Assembly (NCBI GenBank): GCA_937929875.1
Contig: CALFUP010000014.1
Span: forward strand, 1-50,313
Length of the DNA: 50,313 nucleotides
Source: an uncultured Cocleimonas sp.
GTDB taxonomy: Bacteria > Pseudomonadota > Gammaproteobacteria > Thiotrichales > Thiotrichaceae
Direction: 5' to 3'
Part shown: piece after piece, positions 13,601 through 21,600 of the stretch
How positions within the stretch are numbered: position 1 is the stretch's first letter
Layout: the number at the start of each line of letters is the position of its first letter
Program-made: the position numbers and the translations under genes
Notes under the pieces: generated by a model
What the model was told of the DNA's origin: nothing
Databases searched by the model: none
The model's input: only the letters and a program-made list of their open reading frames with translations

Positions 13601-15639
13601 ATGGTAAAGCGATAGAGATTAGTGGTCAGGGTAATGTCCTACTCAGCACTGAAGATAACATCTTAGTTAATGCATCTATTACAACAACAGGGTCTGGCAG
13701 TCTTCACATCAGAAGTAATAGTGATATTAATCAAGCTGAAAACGTCACGTTTACTAGTGAATCTGGCGGTATTCTGGTCGAAGCTATGGGTAGTATCACC
13801 ATGGATAGTCAAGCTACGTCGATTACAGAGCAAGGTGATATTCGATATGTAGCAGGTGGACAGTTGTTGATTAGTTACCTGTCTGCAGTTAATGGCACGG
13901 TCAGTGTGTCGTCTGGCGGTAGTACGACGGCTTACGATGACGGCCAAACCGATATATTGGCAGATAACCTTATCGTCGTATCGGCATATGGCATCAGCCC
14001 TAAAGTTGGCAGCAGTGTCAGTTACCTAGATGTGTCTACCAATAAGTTTAGTGCTGTCTCTGGACAGGGTGGTATTTTTGTAAGATCTACTGATGGCATG
14101 ATTATCGATTCCATCGCGGGCCAATATAACCAAGTCAACTTGTCTGGTGTGGCGGTTGAATCAGCAATAGTGAATAGTGGAATCACAACCTTTAACGGTG
14201 GTTCAGCTATCTTGATCGCACAAGACGGTGACATCACCGTTTCTGGCGATACACAAATCAACATCATTAATAACGGTAATGTGTTACTGGATAGCAGTGC
14301 TGGAAAGGTCATCGTTAACGGTAATATCAAACTCAAAAGCGGCACGTTGGGGATTAACGCTGCGGACGATATTACGTTTGGATCGGATGTTCAGGTGGTG
14401 AACTTCTCTGGTGATATTTCTATCAACAGCAATAACAGCATCAGTATGTCGGACACTGCAAGTATTGTTGCTGTTTCAGGCAACCTACATCTGTCGGGTG
14501 GGAAAAATGTTCAAATTACAGGGCTAGAAGCAACCGGACATACAGTTGTTATCAATGCCGGTAGCTTAATTAGCAGCAGCCGAAGTAATGAACAGGTAGA
14601 TATACGTGCTGAAAATATCGTACTGAATGCAGCTCAGGGTGTTGGTATTTCAACAGGCCAGCATTTGAATATTTATACCTCAGTTATGTCTGGATTTGTT
14701 GGTGGCGGTGGAATGTATGTAAATTCCTTACGAAATATCGTCATTGGGGACGTCTCTACGCAAAGAACTAATCTTGGACAGGATAATAAAACTATTTCTT
14801 TTGCAGTAAGTTCTGAAGGGCTTTCATCATTTAACGGAGCTGATTTGGTCGTTAGTTCTGAGAATGGAAGTATTACTAATGATTCTAAGATAACTGCATT
14901 TAACGGCGGTAATATCTTAATAAAGACCAATACGACTAATGATAATTTAATTATTAATAACGATATTCTTGCAAAAGGTGGAAATATCACTATTGATTCT
15001 ATTGGCGATATTTATCAAAACAGTAGATTAGACGTTATTGGTTGGGGTGATATCACTCTAAAATCACTATATGGAGATGTAGTGATGGGTAATAATGCCG
15101 AGTCTACAAATACCCAGGGTGATGTGATTTATTACTCAGGAAATGATATTTACTTAAACAAGATTCTTTCAGATAGTGGTACTATCAAATTAGTGTCAGG
15201 AAAGTCTATAGAAAGCTTATTAGGGTCATCCGAAAATATAAGGTCAGAAAAACTTATATTACAAGCCTCAGAAAACATCGGTTCGATAGAAAATATTGAA
15301 ATTAGGACAGGCACGCTTTCAGCGGTAGCCCTCGGTGAAGGTGGTATGGGCTTGCATTCACTGGGTTCTTTAACGACAGGTCTTGTAGAAATTAATGAGT
15401 CATGGGTGAATCTCGATGGCAGTGTTAAGGATAGAGAATTTAAAAGTTTTGATGTTGTAAGTTTTAATGGGGATATTATTATTTTGGTCGACGGTAATTT
15501 AATAGTTACTGATAGTGATCCAGATAATAAAGGTATCTACACAATAGTAAGCGGAGATATATCCGTTAAAGCGTCAGGGATAGTTGGTCACAACTACATT
15601 GTTAGTGACAATGGCTTGGTAGATAAACAGCTTCACTAG
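1..15639 (+). CDS. Giant secreted beta-rich surface protein, C-terminal part (5'-truncated; >=5,212 aa here); probably continues the LEPR-XLL ORF that starts at 47155
   Basis: Frame 1 is open from base 1 (TTFISDSKLTVDTDADIIHYG...), so the TTG at 91 is not the real start. Modules in order: ~6 repeats of 'HG..TG..V.Y...IGGL...YYV..VD.D...L' (1-1680); ~130-aa beta repeats (~1900-3800); five ~120-aa Ig-like repeats (~6180-7890); three long beta modules (~8300-11000); RTX-like nonapeptides (~12076-12300); haemagglutinin-like beta-helix to the C-terminus. Confidence 0.9.
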   Translation, partial: TTFISDSKLTVDTDADIIHYGIDHDFTTGELVSYNLGSGAEAIGGLTHRTLYYVIKVDADSLKLSHTANGTAIDLTSQGDGEMNIAREVEFATQNTITSGSGGVNIANDTITFTTVHGWDDGDKIVYMSSAGGTKIGGLDKRTKVYYVIKVDDYSVKLRTNPPSRYDATYGVDIANLTSSGSGNHNFYRVFNYFYEHLNIVSVSNNTITLTGNNGITGTIESVVDGQRVLFETNKNYLRNSYEASPFVGLQAGKKYYITKISDTSFKLSKTLADKANGIYIDVEYDRVASQFRFKPLVETGVSGTEHIVVDTETETIHFADAHGLYTGQRVGYFKVNDSGVIGGLTSGSYYYVKRIDADSLQLTDSLNGTVINLTSDAVGFSSFEHDELDLPAGQMLVDTVNDQINFIGVHNLTQDMQVTYQVASGDTAIEGLTVGNTYYVNVVDTNTIELTATAGGSKTDLISEGTGEHYLIANGLSFETQNVIWINADNDTIRFASAHNLNTNDTVTYTADSALQGLTSGMDYTVKVIDLYTLQVIGTDGLAIDLSKEVSSNHRFTLAPVSFIAGSELAETRQAAVLALADRLSADLGVTVTLIAGTATNTVNASADAATQAAGRKVGLSAVSIGYDTDTLHDIAIRIAVTDMNTFLGANGVGVQITDAALGLVIYKQVNETKDTATDATYALKAEGTASLIGLESTLTLTGTLALEINKTGAAVNETLTTPTGSVAVLFADGTEIMQVAGNATLTAVDFVDFTGYFVIQSTTNASGVKELLIGAEDVNLFVGDDKGSADESDDVGVRVTADLIVLISEGKYAFDATGTANLLGIDDLSITGSMGAQISTFTTSINRSLTVGNITKTLDLDAGTKRFGGGVTLSVANFVNLQGDFAVEKSTTDAGVKELLLAATGVSLFAGDDKGTADESDDVGVRVTAELIVLISDNKYAFDASGSATLLGITDLSITGRMGAQINTFDTAIHRSLTVGDITKEIHLGVDTKRFGGGVTLSVADFIDLQGDFTIETVTTNGVKELLLAATGVSLFVGDDKATSTLSDDIGVRVTASLIVLISQNKYAFDASGTASLVGIDGLSITGSMGAQINTFTTSVNRSLTVGTLTKTLSLDAGVKRFSGGVTLSVSGFVDLAGQFTVEKQNDKVIFAAANISAFLGSNQGNSSAIGVAVEDAYLGLVVFSTGKYALSSSGNAALVGLDGLVVTGSLGVKLNNTGQTVDETVVVGGTPVEVKFDTTENIQTFSGSVNIKIAGVFEISGTVIATKQANGSVAIDIPDVTLAIVMSGVDVFSITGHFRFNISSEAGFKLTEAKVIGFALFGEDALATASTTFNDIANIPANTTILGNASGTTTHIAGSTEAGSAKATKSLDLGPLSLSLPSLSINDFQFSMEDAGPRLIITVGLGVETAALKLGGSTDSELVKVELSELGINFDIAVDLDMADLFAIPDVSATGRFGISIGELVASVKDVVEVKASNASFNYNPNATGDYELLRIEEASVKIIPINVTGTLRPYTDGGLNLPGLSVRTDGFTLGEAEIKIDTPVTIGGFLKLDDTRVGISNFSVKFNQGFSFDGDIFIATGGAVLFEGSAFEARLTDSDDADDEAARATLSFANNVPEGFKFHADEMQLKFGSFVSVTAKDFIVDTTATGDEEVVAFAAIGATIKAGGLSLSGQMLNFAIQADGDFITKAGFGVVIEVGAADSSAFKWPTWLPIKITKIAVLWDDIQADPTDLRLIMSASVTGIKGIPGAQISGAVEDIEIDLGLLLDGEFPVVSLGAFAVSIKADAFGGKIDAALLGGILKIDADGNEIDVLDNTTAVADRILYVGVQGGFKIGTLGLSIRFAVSELGPLGVSVSSQIPILLEPTSGLTLSGLSGSVDFFKTLPSATTPDDLADPIFQPTLGSGTTLSAGAWLASVKQQVITQVKATGGKADFFAAFTSPMLITAQAQLTSAYVSPLVLTATVKVSISTDGKIAVAGELNLLSGLYKIPTVIYADLSQVGNGEFLMLFLADNIPVPVGPLYAIMKIEGSFKISFTDGSGDIVDYSTLFPNTAGNVPTALIGSPGINGEITLSQLIEQRYIDILYTASPDSELDESSILDDAAEFELFIGGSKIAVNGSPVKQTDAGTYRYTFADGVVLSTGDAEVRFLKDTWVDASSAKNVASTQAFTVTSPSAILANPGAGDVFDYSLLNNGKELLIRYLPTAGATIDHESIIDLDAEFVLSGSGAANVTITSVEKISENLYSYTFTGEFSPGAVELQFGYGAFKDSNGNSEVFNVAFDVTGATADLYSPFNGSINSVLTLNDNKYIDVLFNEPDGLELDVNSILDADAEFTLIGDAAQNVTITGVEQVDDSSLFRYTFTGSFGVGEVSVVIIANSFKDSAGVTNAEETETFAVQGSKVSLTNTDTIIGLNQVTGYIDLTFTATEGFTLDVASILDNEAEFTLNGDAASEVTIGQATLISGTTYRYELTGEFTAGDIDVSFIAASFTDSAGYANLAATSSFTIASASAQLENPGNEQIVSLTESDQTGINQLNYIDVTFTDPSGQGLDEASIIDADQEFTLEGDGATGVSINGVAVKVSGTDSTYRYSFSGAFSQGLVTVKFIENSYTTTSGITNVAEEFYFYAVQKSASLEFLLQGKVSLKVPFAEMASGIANIAGSATGNDTVSDLASALQEPLVAIEGGIKITMDFTANAERLIIDAWGTVDLMYLGTVGAATGQFVMANDNGTTNMYGAFKLDTNFEKLRPLGIDLDVTAFFAFSLSGNVETLTLTLPGQANGGGDLTETFTLQPYELLIQAAGIAKLHVPTFTNDLGTQLARLDGAFVFRLNPDKLEMFFTANAEIGPPDLQFFKYTAVGMILVNADGFAAKVELTYAIGDNPDLEKLLKFEAKFMLLINMTSKNQEFNVPNFLTEDRGSGLGSYLSQDFIDALQLSQSDLIKATLLSESQADLLNAEGVLDETLKSYLISKGVALDGVVNVKKIYENERWELVDASGNEYVLEIDEIQQGIVNIYGSNGRTAIVIPRGPPQVDGSLGEPGPYLIIEAQGELTVAEAFVLQGYFRFELHVASRSLDVKLELTVSAKMDLSVLGSVEAFGIITLKTNPLDPSKTQIYGLVRLTLDVSAFEALGVEASATAELYLNSTTEEHKVLVPFGTTDLKEFVIPQGPVFVVKLSGKLIFKQSNVEMFRLSGIFYLQVEPDGVQLFIQASLKVGPPAFNFFDFEATGLVVLNTQGFAANLEISIDVNSNGQLSELISFSAQFKLLVNTTLQEHNFIIPQDFIDGNYLPQSYLDTLTQNASNQYVVTISDKAPKLGGGLETVTSAYFFIEASGTLTVLGMDLSGLLWFKMSLATDLTFKLELLAAVEVDIKVAQVAVIGVLEFQINPLDPTRTEILGGLTVSAGLDLGSMLIVDADATITFNSTTESRSYTFDLNGTPTTFNIPEGPGVRFSLGGSIIFQPAGVQLLKITGVFILSVDTDGLSIFVDASAQIGPSSFRVNAAVTGVLFVTSTGGVAMDFHASIGANAFGSFMSLSVKVRVVLNYTGQEQTLRLYDQDLQHLSEEYLDTLEERSDGYYAVISKGVPLFDGTEGGINYFALEMRGDVTIGSFFTFGGYFFLSVSQSSVQLKFNAFLDLNPFGGLRAGGELSISTSGLSGSLELEGSLGGFGVELSGKFTFSVNTAAGTLSVGLQGRLVVAGAFKVEGSFILKASPSEFTVSVDAKFDFMGIVELDVDGFFGLYRTSNPGIVLDIGISASVSLVPGIVSIELDDARLQLNTRSIATTTTAGNVIPSYFLKLKIDNAGLRLIDRFDLVSMSGFLEINNGSFALGLKGGINFFALNLEAELYFNSEGEFKVGISGGVTIDLGPVNGSLKAYVEVSYLDSNGEELFGDGNKTLVIAGGFNLSFSLSVKVPLIGRIGFSFNAGVDLKLEGGSFKITVRTPSPFPNISVTLGSSPDQPDTPELGSVSGGVLTLYAGEGNSRNVKQDITDEKFVISKVDGRIFVSFMGLTQSFDGVSKIVVKTGGGDDIVEIDESIGSIPVEIDTGSGDDQVTIESNSLVDIITGIGNDVITILGSGAATINAGSGNDTILAGSGPTTLVFNNNYGQDHFEASGTVTLDFSAVTTALNVSIREPVISVVSGSNVLYSLYSVKVTVLKLGSGTNSQVLIHNMITQTTSHQLSITSTGSYRVIYHQATEGVAVSIASSGAGYRLSSGTETVVLDQKVTNISLASASSVITNEENTSLGILSVFDGVINIEAASDSQSVFIVNSSNVDLGGRRLTLVGAALTVNGTITADDIIVRSAHDITLNNNVTTTGFLDIQASEGISMLHINGDITVAETIYLLAGQIEVKDNQRITVQGDVIITSFVGAVNFGSGTYLISESGKIIVIAETELYISYIIARESSVGLRSNKGSILSTDANDTDIETRYLRLEAYIGIGRLGRNIDDINTSVDYLAAVSGVGGINIRETDTLVIQDAGVSATSKMDNQLVDSQVSVTESTLSDLEVTGDGSVVLHLSQGDLTLQDGSDADGKAIEISGQGNVLLSTEDNILVNASITTTGSGSLHIRSNSDINQAENVTFTSESGGILVEAMGSITMDSQATSITEQGDIRYVAGGQLLISYLSAVNGTVSVSSGGSTTAYDDGQTDILADNLIVVSAYGISPKVGSSVSYLDVSTNKFSAVSGQGGIFVRSTDGMIIDSIAGQYNQVNLSGVAVESAIVNSGITTFNGGSAILIAQDGDITVSGDTQINIINNGNVLLDSSAGKVIVNGNIKLKSGTLGINAADDITFGSDVQVVNFSGDISINSNNSISMSDTASIVAVSGNLHLSGGKNVQITGLEATGHTVVINAGSLISSSRSNEQVDIRAENIVLNAAQGVGISTGQHLNIYTSVMSGFVGGGGMYVNSLRNIVIGDVSTQRTNLGQDNKTISFAVSSEGLSSFNGADLVVSSENGSITNDSKITAFNGGNILIKTNTTNDNLIINNDILAKGGNITIDSIGDIYQNSRLDVIGWGDITLKSLYGDVVMGNNAESTNTQGDVIYYSGNDIYLNKILSDSGTIKLVSGKSIESLLGSSENIRSEKLILQASENIGSIENIEIRTGTLSAVALGEGGMGLHSLGSLTTGLVEINESWVNLDGSVKDREFKSFDVVSFNGDIIILVDGNLIVTDSDPDNKGIYTIVSGDISVKASGIVGHNYIVSDNGLVDKQLH
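6181..7890 (+). repeat. Five ~115-120 aa Ig-like coding repeats
   Basis: Recurring 'YID..F......LD..SI.D.DAEF.L.G..A..V.I......YRY.F.G.F..G.V.V.F...SF.D..G..N'. Confidence 0.75.
12076..12300 (+). repeat. RTX-like Ca2+-binding nonapeptides
   Basis: TGGGDDIVEI, TGSGDDQVTI, TGIGNDVITI and AGSGNDTILA match GGxGxDxUx. Confidence 0.75.
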
Positions 15640-15666
15640 TAATGAAGAAATATTGAGGAAATTGGA

Positions 15667-18600
15667 ATGATTGCAAAACGTCTTAGATCATGGATAGGGT
15701 TATTCCTTATCAGTATTGTATTATCTGCTTGTGGCAGCGGTGGCGGGAGTGGTGTAACTGCTGTTTCTCAAACTGTGGAAACTGTAATAAGTGGAATTGC
15801 GCAAAAAGGTAGTTTTGTTTCTGGTAGCAAAGTTTCTATATTTCAATTAATCCCAAGTAGTGCTGTTCGTGCTGGTAATGTAGTTACAACAAATACAACG
15901 GATAACCAAGGTAGCTATACTGCTGTATTACCTTGGAGTGGTTGGTTAGAAGTTGAAATTACGGGTAAATATTTTGATGAAGTCACTGGAAAAATATCGG
16001 ACTCTGAAAGAACTCTATCAGCCATAGGGAGCATTGTTGATACACAGCTTTCGATTCTTAATATCAATGCTTTTACTGATGTTGCTGTTGATAGAATAAG
16101 GTCAAAAGTATCTGCAGGTTCCGATATTTCTACTGCTGATGAAAGTGCTCGTGATGAAGTAAAAGCGCTATTTGACCTAGAAAGTAATAATTTAGGCACA
16201 TTAGATATTACAAATGGAGTCGGTACTAATAAGAATGATAATGCCAAACTCTTACTATTATCTGGCGCAGTGCTTAGTGCAGGTGTAACAGAGGAAGAGT
16301 GGGATCGGTTTACAGCGAACAATGATCAAGCAGTGTTCAATAAGATTGGTAATGCTGTTCAAAACGATCCCGATTTACTTTCTAAGCTAGAAAACAACAT
16401 TAATGCTTTTATTTCAGAAAATAACATTGATAACGGTGCAGTAGCACCAAGTTTGATTGGTAGTTCTTTAGGCACTGATTCAGACTGGGTGAATAAATTA
16501 CCGACTGTTTCTGTAAGTGATCTCATTGTTGTTAATGAGCAAGCAGCAGTAACGCTGACTGATAATCAAAGTGCCAGTGATGTTGATGGCACCATAGTTA
16601 GTTATTTATGGCTTCAAACGGGTGGTGAAGCGGTTACATTGACTGATGCCAATAACAATGAATCTTCTTTCACTGCTCCTACTCGCTTATTAGCAGATGG
16701 CCCTGCTACATTAAGTTTTTCTTTAACAGTTACAGATGATCGCGGTGGTACTTCTACTGATGTATCTACGGTTACGGTTAACCCTGTAAATGTTGCTCCT
16801 GTTGCTGAAGCTGGCAATAACCAGATTGTCAGTGAGCAGGCTTCTGTTACATTAAGTGCTTCTAATAGCACTGATGCTGATGGAAGTATTTCAACCTATT
16901 CTTGGGTACAGACTTCCGGAAAAACCGTTACATTAGATGCCACTGGTTCATCTGCTAGCTTTACCTCACCGGTACAGTTGTTGCCAGAAGGCAATGGCGG
17001 ACTTACTTTTGAAGTTACAGTCACTGATAACGAAGGGGTTTCACACACAGATACTGTGGATGTCACTGTACAACCAGTAAATCTTCCTCCAGTACCTAAT
17101 GCTGGTGCAGATCAAACTTTTAACGAACAGACGTCAGTCACTCTAAGTGCATCGGATAGTGCTGATGCAGATGGAAGTGTTGCTACGTATGCTTGGACTC
17201 AGACGGCAGGAAAAACAGTCGCATTAAATAACCCTTCAGCTGAAAACGTAAGTTTCATTACGCCAGTACAGTTGTTGCCAGAAGGCAATGGCGGACTTAC
17301 CTTTGAAGTCACGGTTACTGATAACGAAGGAGTTTCACGTTCGGATAGCGTAGATGTGATATTTACACCGGTGAATATTCCACCAGTAGCCAATGCGGGT
17401 GTTGATCAATCTGTTGATGAGCAAACGCTGACTAGCCTAAGTGCAGAGGCCAGTAATGATGCCGACGGCAATATTGCATCGTATGCTTGGACTCAGACAG
17501 CAGGTAAAGCCGTTACATTAGACGATGCTTCCGCTGAATCAGTTAACTTTACTACTCCAATCCAATTACTACCTGATGGGCCTCATGTACTGACTTTCGA
17601 AGTTGAAGTGACAGACAACGAAGGGGTTTCACATACAGATACTGTGGATGTCACTGTCAACCCAGTGAATGCAACTCCAGTTGCTACCGCAGGTGATAAT
17701 CAGAATGTTGATGAGCAAACACTAGTCACATTAGATGCTAGCCAAAGTAGCGATGAAGACGGTGAAGTTGTTACATACTCTTGGAAGCAGGTAGATGAAT
17801 TAGGTAAGTTTGTTGAGATAACAAATGCTTCATCGGCTGTTGCAAGCTTCACGACCCCAATACAATTGCTTCCAGATGGTGAGCATGTCTTAACATTTGA
17901 ATTGACGGTTACAGATAATGAAGGAACAACGCATACTGATACTGTCATCGTCACAGTTAACCCTGTAAACGCGACGCCTGTTGCAAATTCTGGTGCTGAT
18001 CAGACAAGTGATGAACAATCTATTGTCACATTAAGTGCTGCTCAAAGCAGTGATGAAGATGGTGAAATCGTTGCATATGCTTGGAATCAGATAGATGAGT
18101 TGGGCAAAACGGTTGAAATCAATAACGCTTCATCAGCTGTTGCAACTTTCACTACTCCAATACAGTTACTACCTGATGGCTCACATGTCTTAACATTTGA
18201 ACTGACAGTTACGGATAATGAAGGAACAACACACACTGATACTATAGATGTCACAGTTGATCCCGTTAACCTACCACCTGTTGCTAATGCGGGTGTTGAT
18301 AAGTCGGTTAATGAGCAAACGTTGACTAGCTTGAGTGCGGCAGCCAGCAATGATGCTGATGGCAGTATCGTATCGTACAGTTGGACGCAGACAGCAGGTA
18401 ATTCAGTAACACTGGATGATGCTTCAGCTGATTCTGTTAGTTTTACTACACCTGTACAGTTATTACCTGATGGTCAACACACACTAACTTTTGAAGTTGA
18501 AGTGACAGATAACGAAGGCGTTTCCCACACCGATACTGTCAATGTGATAGTTAACCCGGTAAACATTGATCCTGTGGCTAATGCGGGTGTTGATCAGGAT

Positions 18601-21600
18601 GTTAATGAGCAGTCGCCGGTTACGTTAAGTGCAGCAGCTAGCTCAGATGAAGACGGTACCATTGCTTCATACGCCTGGGCACAAACAGTGGGTAAGGCAG
18701 TTACATTAGATGATGCTTCGGCTGAATCAGTAAACTTTACTACTCCGATTCAGTTACTACCAGATGGTCCTCATCTACTAACGTTTGAAGTGACAGTGAC
18801 TGATAATGAAGGAATTTCACATACTGACACTGTCGATGTCACCGTAAATCCAGTCAATCTGCCACCAGAAGCTAATGCTGGCGATAACCAGACTGTTGAA
18901 GAACAAACATCGGTTACGTTGAGTTCTACCGGTAGCACAGATGAAGATGGCACGATTGCGGCATACACTTGGAAACAAGTAGATGAGCTAGGTAAAACTG
19001 TTGTGATAAACGACGCCAACTCTCCTACTGCAAGCTTTACTACGCCTATACAGTTATTGCCAGATGGTGATCACATACTAACGTTCGAACTTACTGTTAC
19101 GGATAACGAAGGAATTCAAAACACAGACACGGTTATTGTCACTGTTCAACCAGTGAATATCGATCCTGTGGCTAGTGCTGGTGATAACCAGTCAGTTAAT
19201 GAGCAAACGGTTACTTCTCTAAGTGCAGCAGCTAGTGCCGATGAAGATGGCACGATTGCATCGTATGCTTGGACTCAAACATCAGGGAAAACGGTTTCAA
19301 TAGTTAATGCCTCATCTTCTACCGCTAGCTTTACTAGCTTAGAGCAACTATTGCCAGATGGTCCTGAAACGCTAACCTTTGAACTGACAGTCACAGACAA
19401 CGAAGGTGTGTCTAACACAGATACCGTAGATGTTGTTGTTAACCCAGTGAACATCGACCCTGTTTCTGAAGCAGGCGATAACCAAGATGTTAACGAGCAG
19501 TCGCCTGTATTCCTAAGTGCTTCTGCCAGCAATGATGCAGATGGCAGTATTGCATCTTACGCTTGGGCGCAAACTGCTGGTAAAACAGTGGCACTCAGCC
19601 ATTCATCATCTGAAACCACAAGCTTTGTTACACCAATTCAGTTGTTACCAGATGGTCTTGAAACGCTAACCTTTGAATTGACCGTTACAGACAACGAAGG
19701 TGTATCTCATATTGATACGGTGGATGTTGTTGTTAATCCTGTGAACATCGATCCTGTTGCTGAAGCAGGTGATAGCCAAAACGTTAATGAGCAATCACCG
19801 GTTACCTTAAGTGCAGCGGCTAGCTCCGATGAAGACGGCTCGATTGCTTCATATGCTTGGGTACAGACAGAAGGTAAAGACGTCACTTTAGATGATGCTA
19901 CAGCAGCATCTGTGAACTTCACAACGCCAGAGCAACTGCTACCAGATGGCACAGAAACACTGACTTTTGAAGTGACAGTCACCGACAACGAAGGCGTGAC
20001 TCATAGTGATACGGTAGATGTTGTTGTTAACCCTGTGAATATTGCTCCTGTTGCCGAAGCAGGCAATAACCAGAACGTTAATGAGCAATCACCGGTTACG
20101 TTAAGTGCAGCGGCTAGCTCAGATGAAGACGGCTCGATTGCTTCATATGCTTGGGTACAGACAGAAGGTAAAGACGTCACTTTAGATGATGCTAGCGCAG
20201 CATCCGTGAACTTCACAACACCAGAGCAGTTGCTACCAGATGGCACAGATACACTGACTTTTTCAGTGACCGTCACTGACAACGAAGGTGTGACTCATAC
20301 TGACACGGTAGATGTTGTTGTTAATCCTGTGAATATTGCTCCTGTTGCTGAAGCAGGCAATAACCAGAACGTTAATGAGCAATCACCGGTTGCGCTAAGT
20401 GCGGCCACTAGCTCAGATGAAGACGGCTCGATTGCTTCGTATGCTTGGGTACAGACAGAAGGTAAAGACGTCACTTTAGATGATGCTAGTGCAGCATCCG
20501 TGAACTTCACAACACCAGAGCAGTTGCTACCAGATGGCACAGAGACACTGACTTTTTCAGTGACAGTCACCGACAACGAAGGTGTGACTCATACTGACAC
20601 GGTAGATGTTGTTGTTAACCCAGTGAACATCGACCCTGTTGCTAATGCGGGTGTAGATCAATCTATAAATGAGCAAACGCCTGTCGCTTTGAGCGCAGCT
20701 GCTAGCTCAGATGCAGACGGCACGATTGCTTCGTATGCTTGGACACAGACAGCAGGTAACGATGTTGTTTTAAGTGGTGACACCAGTAAGTTTGCTAGTT
20801 TCACTGCCCCGGTACAATTACTAACAGATGGCCCACATACACTGACTTTCAATGTAGAAGTGACGGATAATGAAGGAGTATCACACTCAGATACTGTGAA
20901 TGTTGTCGTTAACCCGGTGAATGCGTTACCTGTTGCAAATGCAGGTACTAACCAAGGTGTGAATGAAAAGCTATTAGTAACCTTGGATGCTTCAGCCAGC
21001 TTAGATAGTGATCCACCAAGTGGCATTGATAGTGCTGCTAGCATTAAGAGTTATCTGTGGGAGCAGGTTGTTACAGGCGGTGAGTCAACACCTGTGTTGA
21101 CAAACGCATTTACTAAAGTGGCAACATTTACTGCGCCTACCAGGCTCTTGTCAGAGGGTGAGGAAAAGTTAACCTTCAAAGTGACGGTGACGGACCATGA
21201 AAATGAGTCTACTTCCGACATGGTGGAAATCAGAGTAACTCCAACCAATATGCATCCTGTAGCTGAAGCAGGCGACAGCCAAAGTGTTCATGAAAATGAA
21301 GAGGTCACGCTTAGAGCGGTTGATAGTAGTGATGCTGACGGAGATGTTGTCGAATATAAGTGGGAGCAAACATTCACGACCGTTAATAATATTGCTGTCA
21401 CTTTAAATGATGACACAAGTATTGCCCCTGTCTTTGTTTCTCCTGTTCGTTCTGCCCCAGAAGGTATTGTGGTCTTAACGTTTAAGTTAACAGTGACAGA
21501 CAATGAGGGTTATACACATGAGGACACCACCATTGTTACGGTTAACCCTGATAATGCTAAGCCAATTGCTAATGCAGGTACTAACCGCGAAGTTGATGAA

